NCBI GenBank assembly: GCA_030141605.1
Contig: JAQGDQ010000003.1
Location: 1,984,001-2,048,000 of the forward strand
Length of the DNA: 64,000 nucleotides
Source of the DNA: Tubiluchus corallicola
Taxonomy: Eukaryota > Animalia > Priapulida
Reading direction: 5' to 3'
The position numbers and the translations under genes are program-made. Below the pieces are notes generated by a model. That model made no database searches, was not told where the DNA came from, and saw only the letters and a list, made by a program, of their open reading frames with translations. Shown here piece after piece: positions 14,027 through 27,204 of the stretch. Each line of letters starts with the position of its first letter. The first letter of the stretch is position 1.

Positions 14027-14113
14027 AGCGAAATTAATATATAGAGAGATATAGAGATATAGAGATAATATATATCCACCCGTCATATATATATATATAC
14101 GGGTGGATATATA
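13973..14113. repeat. Two adjacent inverted repeats with (TA)n centres
   Basis: TATATATTAATTTCGCTG (13973-13990) / CAGCGAAATTAATATATA (14026-14043); TATATATCCACCCGT (14069-14083) / ACGGGTGGATATATA (14099-14113). Confidence 0.92.
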
Positions 14114-14791
14114 ACCGACGAGGCTACAGCTGCGACGACGGCACCATTTTTGAAGATCTATACGTCAAATGAAAGGTCTCCACCCAAGGGTCAGCACCAG
14201 GGAGCTTATTTTCCGAATCGGCACCACCAGGAGGAAAGGAGGCCGAAAAACCTTGAAAAATGGCCATTTTTTGCAAAACTTATACCTCTTATTGCTAGAG
14301 TACGGGAACGCGTTGGGGGTGGTGCTAGTAATGGTTGGATAGCCCGTTCAACGGTGGGTGTTATAGTCATACTTAGAATTTGACGGGCGTTTTCTCGGAC
14401 CCAACTCCCAATTTTTTCGAAATTTTGGCCAAACGGCCTGTAGAAAAAGTTCTAGCGGCTTTCAGTGGGACTCTTTAAAGGAGATATATGGCTCGTTAGA
14501 AAGGAGAGGAACAGGGCTACAAGACGGCGTGGGCTATATTTTAGGACACCTCCACCAAGAAGAGTGGCGACGAGTTAATTAGATGGTCCATTTTTGGCAA
14601 TTTTCGCTTGGAAAATTTTCGCAAAGCCATTGTTCTGACGTCATGCATTATACTCTGCTTACAACCTTATAACTTGAGTTCAGTCAAGCTGCTACTGGCT
14701 TTGCGTTATAAATAAGGATTGTGTAGGATATTCGCATATTATTGATTATAAGTGTATGTATACGCAAATTTTTTTGCGGGGCCTTTCCTAG
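14070..14791 (+). mobile_element. Non-autonomous Helitron-like element (5' boundary approximate)
   Basis: Non-coding body richer in GC than its flanks, ending in the hairpin CGCAAATTTTTTTGCG followed about 10 nt later by CTAG|T, the typical Helitron 3' terminus. Confidence 0.55.
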
Positions 14792-14812
14792 TTTTTTTTA
14801 TTAATACTAAAA

Positions 14813-14985
14813 CTAGCCAAACCCCGCAATAGAATTTTGCGCATAAACTCACAACAACAACCCACACCACACCACACCAACCTGCCACGCCAATCTCAAT
14901 ACACGACCCCACATCACCCTCACCATAGCACACCACCCACACAACACCCACTACACCACCCACACCACCCACACTAGAATACTTA
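14813..14985 (-). mobile_element. Second Helitron-like 3' end, opposite orientation, with GT-rich body
   Basis: Minus strand reads CGCAAAATTCTATTGCGGGGTTTTGGCTAG|T, a related hairpin plus CTAG terminus. Confidence 0.5.
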
Positions 14986-15519
14986 TCTATCTATTCTGGA
15001 AAATCTTGTTCCACAGATGCAAGATTTAGCATTACAGGATGAATATTTTCCCAAATGTACCCGACAAATAAACTTCATATAAATTAGCTGTATTTAGTGT
15101 ACCTACAGTTGTTGCACAGCCAAGATTTTCTTATACATTTTCTTCATTTCCAATGTCTTTTTATTCATTTATTCTTATACGCTTGAATTCACAATTTGTA
15201 GCTTGTTATTCGTTGTCGTACCTGTTTGTTTACGAGGTCTATTAAAAACTTTTTCAAACTGCAAGTTCCTACTGGGTTAAATAAACGAAATGTCATAGAG
15301 TTTGTATACTGTCCATCACCATCGCCATTAAATGTACTAATTTGAGCATCTACAAATGACAAAGCAAACGGCTTACATGCTTATACGCTTGCACGAATTC
15401 TGTCAAAACGAGGCGAAAGAAACGAGAGAGAAAAGAGAAGAAAGAAAAAAGAGGGGAACAGAGAGGACATTGACGCCGCGCCAAGCCGAGTTTTTTGTAT
15501 CATGTTGATCGTGGTGCCC

Positions 15520-16752
15520 TGGAAGGTGAATGTAGGAAAGTTTGGAACCAGTAAGTTTGGTGCAGGCAAGTTTGATACAGTTAAAATTGGTACGAGGAAA
15601 GTTTGGTACTGGCAAAATTTGGTACTAGGAATTTTACTACGTGGTAATTATGGTACAGGTGAATTTGGTACTATCATCTTTCGGTACACGGAATTTTTGG
15701 TCCTAGGAAAATGAGATACGGGGAATGTTTGGTACGAGGAAAATATGATACCAGGATTGTTTAATACTAATAAATATTGGTATAAGGAAGTTTTGGTACT
15801 AGGAAAATATCGTACAAGAAAAATTTGGCACTAGGAAAGTTTGGTACTGGAAAATTTGATACTAAACGAAAAAGAAAGCATTCCTGTATTTCAGTACAAA
15901 ATAATTGTTTCAACTGGAAAATAGGAAATTTGGAACTAGGAAAGTATGGTTTATTATTAAAAAGTTCATAAAACGTCATAATTAGCAAATGCGATGCAGT
16001 TACAATTTTATCGGTGATTATCCTACCCATGTAGGCACATTTGAGAACCGTTCAGCAGAATCTGAAAAGTCTCTAACTCACCATTCAAATTTTGGAAAAG
16101 CTCGGTCAATTTGTTTTTTCTCGGAAATAATGATCACTTTATCTGTTTTTATACAAAACTAATCAAACTGAGATAAGAACACGGCAGTGATGGCCGATGC
16201 TATCATGGAAAAAACATCCTGCATAAACATAGTTTTGTTTCCCGCGAGGCCCACAGTATAGAGTGACAGCCATTCTTCTTGATGCTTCTACTGCTGCTGC
16301 TGCTGCTGGCATCGACGACAGTGATGGTGTCATGTGGTCATGATGCTGCTGTCGGCAGCAGTGGTAGTGGCAGAGATGGCGTGTCATCACCGAGATCATA
16401 GTTGTTACCGGCATTAAAATTGCCACTGTTTCTTATTGATGTATTGGTGGTGCTGCATCTGATTTTGCTTTTACTGTTGTTAACATGGTGATAAATAGAG
16501 ACGCATAGTGGTGATTAAGCAATGACCATGAAGGTGACGATGATGATGACGACAGCGATGACGACGGCGATGATGAGGACAACAAAAGCAGCAAGGAAGC
16601 AAGAACTAACATACAACAAGAATAACAATAACATAAGCAACAACAACAACAACAGCAAAAGCAGCAGCAGCAGCAGCAACAACAACGACATCATCGACAA
16701 TAACAACAGCAACAGCAAAAAACAACAAAAATAACAGTGGTGACATGAAACA

Positions 16753-16808
<56 letters not shown>

Positions 16809-17190
16809 AATGATGATGATGATGGTGGTGGTGGTGGTGGTAGTGGGGGGGGGTAGTAACCATAACAAAATAGCGAGCAAGAAACAAAAAAACAACAACT
16901 TCAACAACAATGACAAACAACAAACAAATAAAAAAATAAAAACAAATGCAACATTATGAGTCCCTATAACTTTTTCGAGTAGGTTATATAATTATAAATT
17001 GTATTCATACTACCAAACTTTCCTTGTACCAAGCTTTCTCTGTGTCGAATTTTCCTAGTACAAAATTTTCCCACTACTAGACTTTCCTAGTACCAAACTT
17101 GTTCTGTACCCTCTTCACCTTGTATCATATTTACTTGAACCAAAATGCTTGACAAAACATTCGTTAGTACCATATTTACCAGTACCATTA
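15520..17190. mobile_element. Foldback-type element: inverted arms made of degenerate ~15-16 bp tandem repeats
   Basis: The left arm (15520-15950) repeats GGAAAGTTTGGTACTA-like units and the right arm (17005-17190) repeats their reverse complement (TACCAAACTTTCC, TTTCCTAGTACCAAACTT). Confidence 0.6.
16520..16925. repeat. Compound trinucleotide tract (GAT)(CAA)(CAG)(GGT)
   Basis: Directly visible; source of the poly-M/I/H/N ORFs. Confidence 0.95.
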
Positions 17191-18187
17191 ATTATAATAG
17201 TATTACTTAGAGTAGCAAAAGACTTTGTTCATTTAATAGCATTATAATCAAGAATTAAGGAATATTCCACGTAGTGTTTATCTACCTTTTTTGGCGATGG
17301 TAATAGTCTGACATACATACGTATTTACATACCAAGTCAGCCATACACATTAATAAGCAAAAGTTATAGACAGCGTTCCACAGTTTTCCATTATTATTAT
17401 AACTCTTTATTGGAAAAAAGTATATACAATTTGCATGTCTATCTATTTGCAAGAAATGTATTGTTACGTGAGTAAATAGAGTAAGTACGAACAGCTTAAA
17501 AAACGCAGTGTATAAATTACACAGCATCTTATAAATATGACTGTAAATATAACCTATGATACGATTATGACCTATAACAAATTTCATTTGTAATTATTTA
17601 GAAAAGTTATAAATTACAGTTAATTATAACATAATTTACCAACCTTACTAATTAAGCAATTTGATTACATTAATGTTTAAAACAATGTAGTAAATAATAA
17701 ATACAATGATGTCTAACACTAAGTCTTACAAGCTGCACTCTCTTTGCAAGATAGGCTTTACAAGCTGACAAAATATAGGCCTTGCCAGTGACAAAATGGA
17801 AAAAATTGATCATCTTTAGTAAGATTTACAAATTTAGTTGACAAATTAGTTTCTCTCGCAATAACTATAGTATTTGTGTCTAAATTTGGCAGAATGCAAT
17901 TCTTTTTACTGTTATCTAAGAGCGGCTAAACAAAAAGCAAATGTACCATTTGATTATAATTATTTACAACGAATTCACCTGTCTATCTGGCGCATAACCA
18001 ATTCTGTACAGAAATCTTTAAAATTACCGGACCCTAACAAGATACTAGAAGCCCACCATTCTATATTACGCTGCTAACGTTTCAACGGCTTTACCAATTT
18101 GTAAATGGATTTAGAGAGCTTTCCTGGCTTTGAAAAAAGAGCGGCATCTATTAGTCCATAAATGCAGAAAAGAATTTCACGAGAGCG

Positions 18188-18476
<289 letters not shown>

Positions 18477-19059
18477 AGCCAGGAAAGTTGTACCTTGAGC
18501 GAGATGAGTCTGCAACTGTAGCGAGTAGCGATGCAGAAGTCAAAGCGAGCGAAGATAATTGTGATGGGCTAAACGCTCATATAGTCTAAATAAATTTGCT
18601 GAACGAATAACATGTTATGACCCCACTAGTCAAAACAGTACGTCGTGTCACAAAACTTTAATAGAATCTATAATTCTATATTGTATGCTACAATTGTGGG
18701 CAGATTGTGTTCTTTTTTGAAGTTAAATTGACTGTTAAATTGAAGCATATAAAATATAAATCGCTTTCAATATCTGAGAACTAAGCAATATTTTTACCTG
18801 TCGCAACAGATGGAATGGTTTCTCGGAGCACGCTGTAAAGACATCAAGCGCTTAAAAGCAATTTGATATTAATAGATAAAACGCAGACAACAAAGTTTAA
18901 ATAATAATGGAAAATTTTGAGCCACAAGTACATCTGCATTTATATTTGAATATGCAAGCACAATGTATGTACAAATATATTCTTCACGCATACGTATGTC
19001 CTAATACATTCTACCTGTCCCTGAGTACGGGGCCTGAGCAAGTACAACTCCACCCGGAT

Positions 19060-19150
19060 GTTCGTCCGTCCATCCATCCGTCCGTCCGGCTGTCCGTCCG
19101 ACTATCCACCCACTCATCCATTCATTCATCCATCCAGCCATCCAGCCATT
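19060..19150. repeat. Degenerate (TCCG)/(TCCA) tetranucleotide repeat
   Basis: Directly visible; reverse-complement type of the 1690 tract. Confidence 0.85.
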
Positions 19151-20348
19151 TTCTATCTCTCTACTGTAAACAACCAGCTGACAAACGCCTCCCCCCCCCA
19201 CCCGTTGAGGCGAGACACCTGCTCAGTTCTCCAACGGTGGTAAAGTCTGTCATCCAGGATTGGGTTATTTACTCTACAAGATTAATCGTAAGGTTCTTAA
19301 TTAATTCTGACTCTATAGTGATATTGTCTACGTTGACAGTACTTAAATAATGCATTCTCTCAACACGACCTTCTAAAGACAGCAATGTCAAAGCGCGCAG
19401 ACTTGCGTAATCTACCCTTTGTGCACTAAAAACCTATGGTTATATATAGTTCCTAGCAACCCCTAACATAAAGTTCACATAATTCTATAAACAAGCAGCA
19501 GGTTCAAATAGAACAAACTTCGGCTAAAGTTAACAATTATCCAAATACAAGAAATTAGTTCGTGAAGCGGATTAGGATTAAGGTTGGGATTAGGGTTAAA
19601 GTTAGGGTATTGAAACTGTAGACTCCTTCCCAAACTTCTTTTTGAATTATAAATAATTCGCAATATTACTTAATGACAATAACGCGTTTTTACCAATTCC
19701 CTAGCGTAGTTTTGGCAACGTGATTCTGTGTCTGTGCTGACAGAGAGGAAACTGCGCAGGGTACCACTTCCCTTCATCGATGTATCAATTTTTTTGTATC
19801 TCTCTCAGTTCCTACCTACCAGCTTATGTGCTAGATTGGCATTGATCTGTTTGTTTAGGCGAGCATTAATATTAAATTTGCCTCCCTCTTGAAGAACATT
19901 AAGAAACTAAAAGCTTCATGCTATGCTTTAGAGTAGTTGTGGTGCCATAAACTACGGCATCTATATTATTTTGAATAGCGCAATAGTTTCTTTGTCCTGA
20001 ATGCAATGCAGACATACTGTACATTAGTTAATTTACTTCGAATAACCTTCAGTTTAGAAATCTACAGCCCGGTTTTATCTTACTTCAAATATTTGTGTAC
20101 TTTGCGGCCACTTGACTACAATATGATGTCACCACGGCATCTCGACAAAGACGTAAACTGCTTGACGAATGGCTTCGAGCACTTGACCTTCGCAGAATTT
20201 TTTCAAGGTCGAATCTATTTAAATTTCTGACGTGCTGGTTGGTATTTTACCGCTTACGTAATCAAATTTGCTAACTAGCAAAGAGTAAATAACTGAAGTC
20301 ATGGATCTCGCGCAGAATTGATCATAACACTGAAGGTGAAGCTAACCC

Positions 20349-20383
20349 TTCTCCCCCTCTCTCTCTCTCGCTCACTCTCTCTA

Positions 20384-20478
<95 letters not shown>

Positions 20479-20490
20479 GCTTTCTCTCTG
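20349..20490. repeat. (CT)n microsatellite
   Basis: Directly visible. Confidence 0.97.
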
Positions 20491-20584
20491 AGAAGGGTCA
20501 CAAAAGAAGTCAAAAATGTATTTCGGTCCTCTGAAAATAAAAAATGAAGTAGAAAACGAGGCTGTACGACTATATTAAACGTTG

Positions 20585-20615
<31 letters not shown>

Positions 20616-22489
20616 AAGAGGGTTCTGCAATGAATTGTTGAATATATAAGCAACATGTTACGTGCGTAGCCTAACAAGTTTACTTTATGTATATAATTAT
20701 ACATACGTATCATACGACTAGCCCGCAGGCGTCGTTAAAAGTAATGCTGTAAATAATGTAAGAATAAAATCTACAGAGAATACATTCAATTCACCGAAAC
20801 GTGGCATAGACCTGCAACAATATCGACTCCACTTGTATATGAAACGACCATTTTGCAAATGTATGATTGTGATCGGTACACGCCGATGCATAGTAAACAT
20901 CAAGGGAAAATTCAGCTGTGCTAACGGAGTAAGACGATGCCTGAACGGCACTTACATGCAGCAAGATTTAACAACAAAGTCATTTGAGAATAGGTATAAT
21001 AAAAACCGAAACTACGGTGGCATTCATTCATCTAAATTGTATTGATCTAAGCTTTCAAACGCGATGTATTCAATAGATACAGGAACGACGTGTATTGCCG
21101 TGTTTGCACAAATGCTACGTTAAATGTTTTGCATCTGAGTAAAACTTATGCCCAAATTCAACCCAAGATCCACACTACTGAGTCACACAAATTACGAAAC
21201 AAAGTAAATTATGGAACGAATGTCTCTAGGAAGTGCAACTTGGAAAATTTCCGTATAAAAATTATCGAAACATAAAATGTTTACGCCGAAAGAATTTGTA
21301 ACTTTTGCGAAGCATATTTGTAAAGCGTTTTTGCGAAATTGAATATATGTACACTGATTTGTCATCATCTTCGTTAAAGATCGCAACGTCTAACATTCTT
21401 AAGTAACTTTAGAAAGTAATTTTATGTTACAGCAATGACTCATTATTTTAAAGAAGTAACACTTCTTTAAAGTGTTACTTCCGAGATTCCTGAGATTTCT
21501 GAGCAATAGCAATTTCTGAGCTATTTTGTGTGTGAGAGTAAAGAAGTACACTTCTTTGTGGCCGCCATACTATCTTGAGAGAACGACATATTTCTTCGAA
21601 ATAGTATCAATGAAATCTTCAAATTTACGTTTTGAAAAGAGCAATACATATAATACATACTGTTTATAAATACTGTTTGTATTTCATCATACTATATTGT
21701 ACTCATATAATAACAATAAACTTAACAAATTTGTTTTCATTTAGAACGGATTGGTCGACAAGCATTCCTATAGGTATATATTATATAGCCTACGGAAAGT
21801 AAAAAAGTATAACTGTGGGAAGTTCTACAGTATATCCTAGCCATGAGTAAGCGCCCGAGATTTAAAATTTTTCAAAAAGTAGCCTCTTGCACTGCAGCAC
21901 ATAGTCATAACATTTTTGAATCACACTGGTCACAACATTTTTGAATCACTGGGGTTTGATGAAACTGTTGATCATCACTCAGTCATTTACGGAGCCCGGA
22001 AGGTGACATTAAAAGAAAAAAGTTTTTTTTGAAAAATTTTTGCAAACCAACACAAACCTTTTTTGTTCCCTCGCGAAGTATTGCGTTCCCCCGCAAAGTT
22101 TTGCGTTCTCTCGAGTTTTTTGCAGAAAGTCTTCGCAGGTTCTAAGCTCCGAAATGAAAACAAAAACGAAATGTTTTGAATCAACTTGAACTACGCGTGC
22201 TACTATTTTTACCTACGTTTGTCTGAGCTTTAGACTTCCACGTTCTGTAAACTGTCCGTTTATATCATTACAATTATTCAACATGTATGTATAGATCCAT
22301 GAAAAATTTCCGCTTAATCAGATTTAAAGGTTGAATGTTTTCTTCTATTGTCGTCTTGTGGGCTCGGTACTAATTCGCAGTAATTTGAAACAAAACAAAT
22401 TGTAGAGAAAACAGTAGAGAAAGTTGCTCGAGTTTAGTTGCGCAAAATCTGAAATCCAAAAGATGCATTCGTAAGTCGAACAGGATAGT

Positions 22490-22735
22490 TTTTTAATACA
22501 GTTCCATACACTGCAAGCCAGATTCAAGCAGTCAGTAACAAGTCTATTTAATGTGTGCGGTAGTACCGGAATCTATTTCGTTAGTCACTGAACCGGCATA
22601 CGTGTGTTGTGAAATGGCAGTATGGCGAAAGGAACCACTCACAACAACAATTGAAACTCGGGGATCACCTATCAATTCACTAACCAGAGTCGGCATTGCT
22701 TAACTTCGATTGATAAGTACACACGGTGACCTATT
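22490..22735 (-). mobile_element. 5S rRNA-derived SINE (SINE3-like), decayed copy 2
   Basis: Minus strand reads GAAGTTAAGCAATGCCGACTCTGGTTAGTGAATTGATAGGTGATCCCC, then TCGCCATACTG and GGCTTGCAGTGTATGGAAC, similar to the body of copy 1. Confidence 0.6.
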
Positions 22736-22844
22736 AGCTATTCCACTAAATGCAATAGTACGCATTTACAACAACTACAACATTCGAACTTGTTTTGCGG
22801 ACGGCCATAGACAAGTCCAATAATGCAAAACAACAAGCCAAAAC

Positions 22845-23720
22845 TAGCAATACCTGGTTTTTCTGAGCAAACTCCTGATTGCGCATCGAATTACTGGGCT
22901 TTGCACAAAAAATACAGCATTTTGAGCAAAACCTTAGGTTTCTAGCATAACTTAAGATTTATGAGTGAAACTGTAGTTTTCTAGCAAATTCCGAGATTTC
23001 TGAGCAAAACTTGTAATTTTTGGGGCCAAAATTTCGTTTTTTCAGTAAAATACAACCCATCTTCTGAGCGAAACTATGATTTACAAGAAAACCCCATAAC
23101 GCCGGGAGCGAAACTAGGGTTTAGCAACAAAACCATGATGTTGCGAACGAGATTATGGTTTTCTGGGCAAAACTCGGAATTTCTCAGCAAAGCGAGGACT
23201 TAACAGCAAACAGATAGCTCTCTGAGCCTATGTAAACTCTTAAACTTGAGTTTCTGAGCGAACCTATAACATTTCTGCAAGCTTGGGTTTTGGTAGCGAA
23301 ACCTAGGATTTCTGCCAACTTGAGTTTTGCGAATTAAAAACGATGTACAATGCCATGAATTTAAACAAAACTGCTGAGCTTAAACTTAAGCAACTTTAGC
23401 AAAATCTATGATTTCTGGAGCGCGACTAGAGTTTAGCAACAAAACGTTGATTTACTGAACAGAATTCGGGAATTCCTAGCAAAACTATAGTTTAAGCCCA
23501 TTTTGTTCAGAAAACACCAATTTCTCTCCAGAAATCACGAATTTCGCTTAGAAATCTTAGTTTGCTTTTTGAGCAAAAGCATAGATTCTCTAGCAATATC
23601 TAAGCTTTCTGGAGCGAATCTTGCTGCTCAGAAAAGGTATTTTAAACGTTGGACTCTTGACTTGCCAAAACCTTCGGCTCAATATTTTTTCTAGCGAACC
23701 ATTTAGAAAAGACGTCATAA
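22845..23720. repeat. Highly degenerate ~20-21 bp minisatellite (consensus near GATTTCTGAGCAAAACT...)
   Basis: Recurring TTCT(G)AGC(A/G)AAAC units at about 20-21 bp spacing over roughly 870 bp; a few similar units at 21481-21525. Confidence 0.75.
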
Positions 23721-25944
23721 CTGATACACGGTGGGTTTTCTTGCGAGAAATTAACTTAGTTATAGGCATGCGACCACGTTCAGAAACATTGCAAATTTCA
23801 TCGACTACATACAAAGTGTAATTTGTTTTGGAGACATCTATATCGTTCCCAAATTTAATTGTTCAAATGTGAGCTTTCTCAGTGAATTGCAAAAGTAACA
23901 GGATCACGCATCATCATGGGGCTCGGATGTTGTTCTACTGACTCTCTATAAACATCTATACTCCTGGGCAATTATGTTATGACAGCAAAGCTATTAGTGG
24001 ATACATCGAGTACCCAGCGGTATAGTCTCTGAAATATGCGTTTTCATTTTAGTCTGCACAATTAATTGTCCGCAACTCGACATGATAAGATTAATAATAA
24101 TGCTTGAATGAATGTAGGACTGTCATAGTGATCCAATTGAGATCGTTTTATTCAATAAAAATAGATCAGATGTACGTATATCCAGCAGAGACGCCAGGGA
24201 CTTCAATTCTGCAACCCACATGTACCCGGAATGTCACTACAACAGAGAATAGGCCACTACATAACACGCAGAACTTAAAGAGTTTACTTCAAAATGTTTG
24301 CCATTTTCAAAATTGCCAGCCAATTTCAAAGCAGTGTATACAAATCGGATTGTTAGAAGTGTGTTTGGAGCACATTGTGCATTAATATGAAGTATAATAC
24401 ATACCAAAATGCAGAGTTTGTGTCCTATATTGGCGCCTTTTAAAATCAATCATAAATCAAAAGATGACAGGTTTCTAAATCTCGGAAACACAAACTTGGC
24501 ATTTGCAGTCGCTGAGACTAACACTAATCGACAGAAGAAAAGCAATGACTGATTAGGATCACTAATAATTTTTAATCAGCTATTTATGTTGTTGGTAAAA
24601 ATGACAATTTATTTTTATTTGTTTTATTTTTTTATTTTATGCGAGTTAATAAGAAATGTCCAAAGGCGGAATAGCTAGCCTAAATATAATCTTCTGTCTA
24701 GACATAAACTGCGAGATGACTCCCGTTTGAATCGCGGCGTCCCAAGGATAGTGCGTAATCGAACATTACAAAATTTTGCTCAAAAATGCCCGAATCTGTA
24801 ATTTAGGAACAATGCATTTGGATTATTGGATTGCATTGGATTATTTATGAATTACGATTATCGTACGCATATACATTTACGTTAGAAAATATAGAAAACT
24901 ATAGAAAATTAATATATTCTATAAGTCATTTAAGTCATTTATTTCACCTTACACATTTACAATGATTATACAATATCTAGTGAAAGGGCCTACAATGGAT
25001 ATAATACAAATAAGAATTACTGCACAGAAAAAGCCTCAAACACTGTTCACTTATGCACGAAGGTAAATGTGTTGTGGGCAGAGTGTTGAGTGTATATAAA
25101 TGTGTACCTTCAGAAAATATATTGCACCAGCATAGTGGGATAAATTACGCAATAGGAGTCAAAGACTGCATTGTATACTAGCTCAAATTTCTGCGACACC
25201 GTCTGTGCCCGTTTTCAGCAATTCTGCAATGACATAGAACCGTTGTCTAGCTTAATATACAACCTGCAGGTTGTGCTAGTAGTCTTGCGTAATATACATT
25301 GTAGAGATGCCTGCCTTTGTTATAGCGTTTGCCTCATATAGCTATGGCTTCCCGTTACAGAAGCCTTTCTTTGCTAGCTTTGCTTAGTTGAAAGTTTTCC
25401 ATTATTTTGCCAACACCTAATGAAAACAAGTGGATGCGTAGAAGCGAGTCACGCGGCTGTAAAAGTGTTTTTATTAGTTAAGAGGTACATTTAAGCAGGT
25501 GGCTGTAACACTCGCATCACTGTTCAACTTGTAGGATCTCTAGGTAATTAGAGTGCCAAGCGTAGGGCTGCGCAGTAACACATTACCACAAATAGCCTAA
25601 AAGCCAATCCAAACCACCAAACTATCTGACCAAATGTGAAGACAGTTACAGAGGCTCTTGTTTTGAATTTTCTGTCTTTGTAATACAAAGAAAGAGAAAA
25701 AGAGAGAGGGAGAGGAGTCAGAGAGAGAGAGAGGGGGGGAAGGGAAATAGAGAGAGAGAAAGAGAAAGAAAAGAACGAAGAGAAACAAAAATTTCACTGT
25801 AGTAGAAAAAACAGACAAGAGTCAAACCACAAGGCAACCTAGGCGATATACTTATATGTTTATTAAATTTAATTAATATATAATTTTTGCAGGACTTATG
25901 ATTAATTCAGGTTTTTTAAGTTGTTTTCACTGTACGTTTCTAGT

Positions 25945-26150
25945 TAGACAGGCAGACAGACAGGCAAATACACAGACAGACAGACAGACAGACTGACAGA
26001 CTGACTGACTGACTGACTGACTGACTGACTGACTGACTGACTGACTGACTGACTGACTGACTGACTGACTGACTGACTGACTGACTGACTGACTGATTGA
26101 CTGATTGACTGACTGATTGACTGAAAAAACAGCCAGACAGACGGATAGAT
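25945..26150. repeat. Compound tetranucleotide (ACAG)(ACTG)(ATTG)
   Basis: Directly visible. Confidence 0.97.
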
Positions 26151-26259
26151 AAGTTATATGCACAAAACCCTAAAAACCTCATAAATGAACTTGATCTAAT
26201 ACTCTGGGGTAGTAATGTCTACAATATTATATGAAAATATGCACTAGAACTAACAAGGG

Positions 26260-26297
26260 CAACGATGACAACGACAACTGCAATAACAATGACGACG

Positions 26298-26328
<31 letters not shown>

Positions 26329-26351
26329 CTACTACTACTACTACTACTACA

Positions 26352-26437
<86 letters not shown>

Positions 26438-26474
26438 AGCAAGTGCTGCAACAGCAACAACAACAACAACAACA

Positions 26475-26539
<65 letters not shown>

Positions 26540-26640
26540 TACTACTACTACTACTACAGCAAGTGCTGCAACAGCAGCAGCAACAACAACAACAACAACA
26601 ACAATGATGAGACGACGAAGACAACAACAGCAACAACATG
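26260..26640. repeat. Compound (CAA)n(CTA)n microsatellite, duplicated as a block
   Basis: The unit (CAA)n(CTA)n-CAGCAAGTGCTGCAACAGCA occurs twice. Confidence 0.96.
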
Positions 26641-27204
26641 AAATCAGTATTTCAACGAGAACTCAGAAATTAATGCAAATCGGCAAAAAAGCTACTGTAA
26701 CTCTTAGACTAGTAATTTAGGTCGTTACTTACCGAGGTAATAAAAACTCTGCTAAAACTTCAAAAACTTTAAGCTTTTGTGCAATATACTTCAGGTACAT
26801 TACACTTACACTGTTTCAAACAGAGACAGCTTTTACAAATTTTAATGCAATAACCAGTGACTTTAAATTTGTGGCCCTATGTCAAAAGTAGATTATAGCT
26901 TAATTGAGTAGGGCAACCAAGTTTAAACCATATCTTCTATGTTGAGTAACTTTTAGCATCAAATGAAGGAGAGATTTCAGTGTAGCAGTCGGTCACCTTT
27001 CGGTGACTGTGAGTGGTAAGGCGGTGATTCTAGCAAAGGTGGTTACAACAAAAAACTGTAACCACTACCATAATTGGTCCGTCCAAAAATACACTGATTT
27101 TTATTAAAATTATTTTAGACCAAGCTCTGTAAGTGGACGGCCATCAAGCAAAAGAAAAATCAAGTACAGGTCATGCACCAGAAGAAACAGTGCATTGGTT
27201 AATA

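Noticed and set aside
19570-19610. TTAGGG-like hexamers
   Set aside because: Only a few degenerate units; common inside MITEs and not evidence of a telomere or fusion site.
22845-23720. CRISPR-like array
   Set aside because: Eukaryotic context, no constant repeat with unique spacers, no cas-like ORFs; the same applies to 15520-15950 and 46751-46928.
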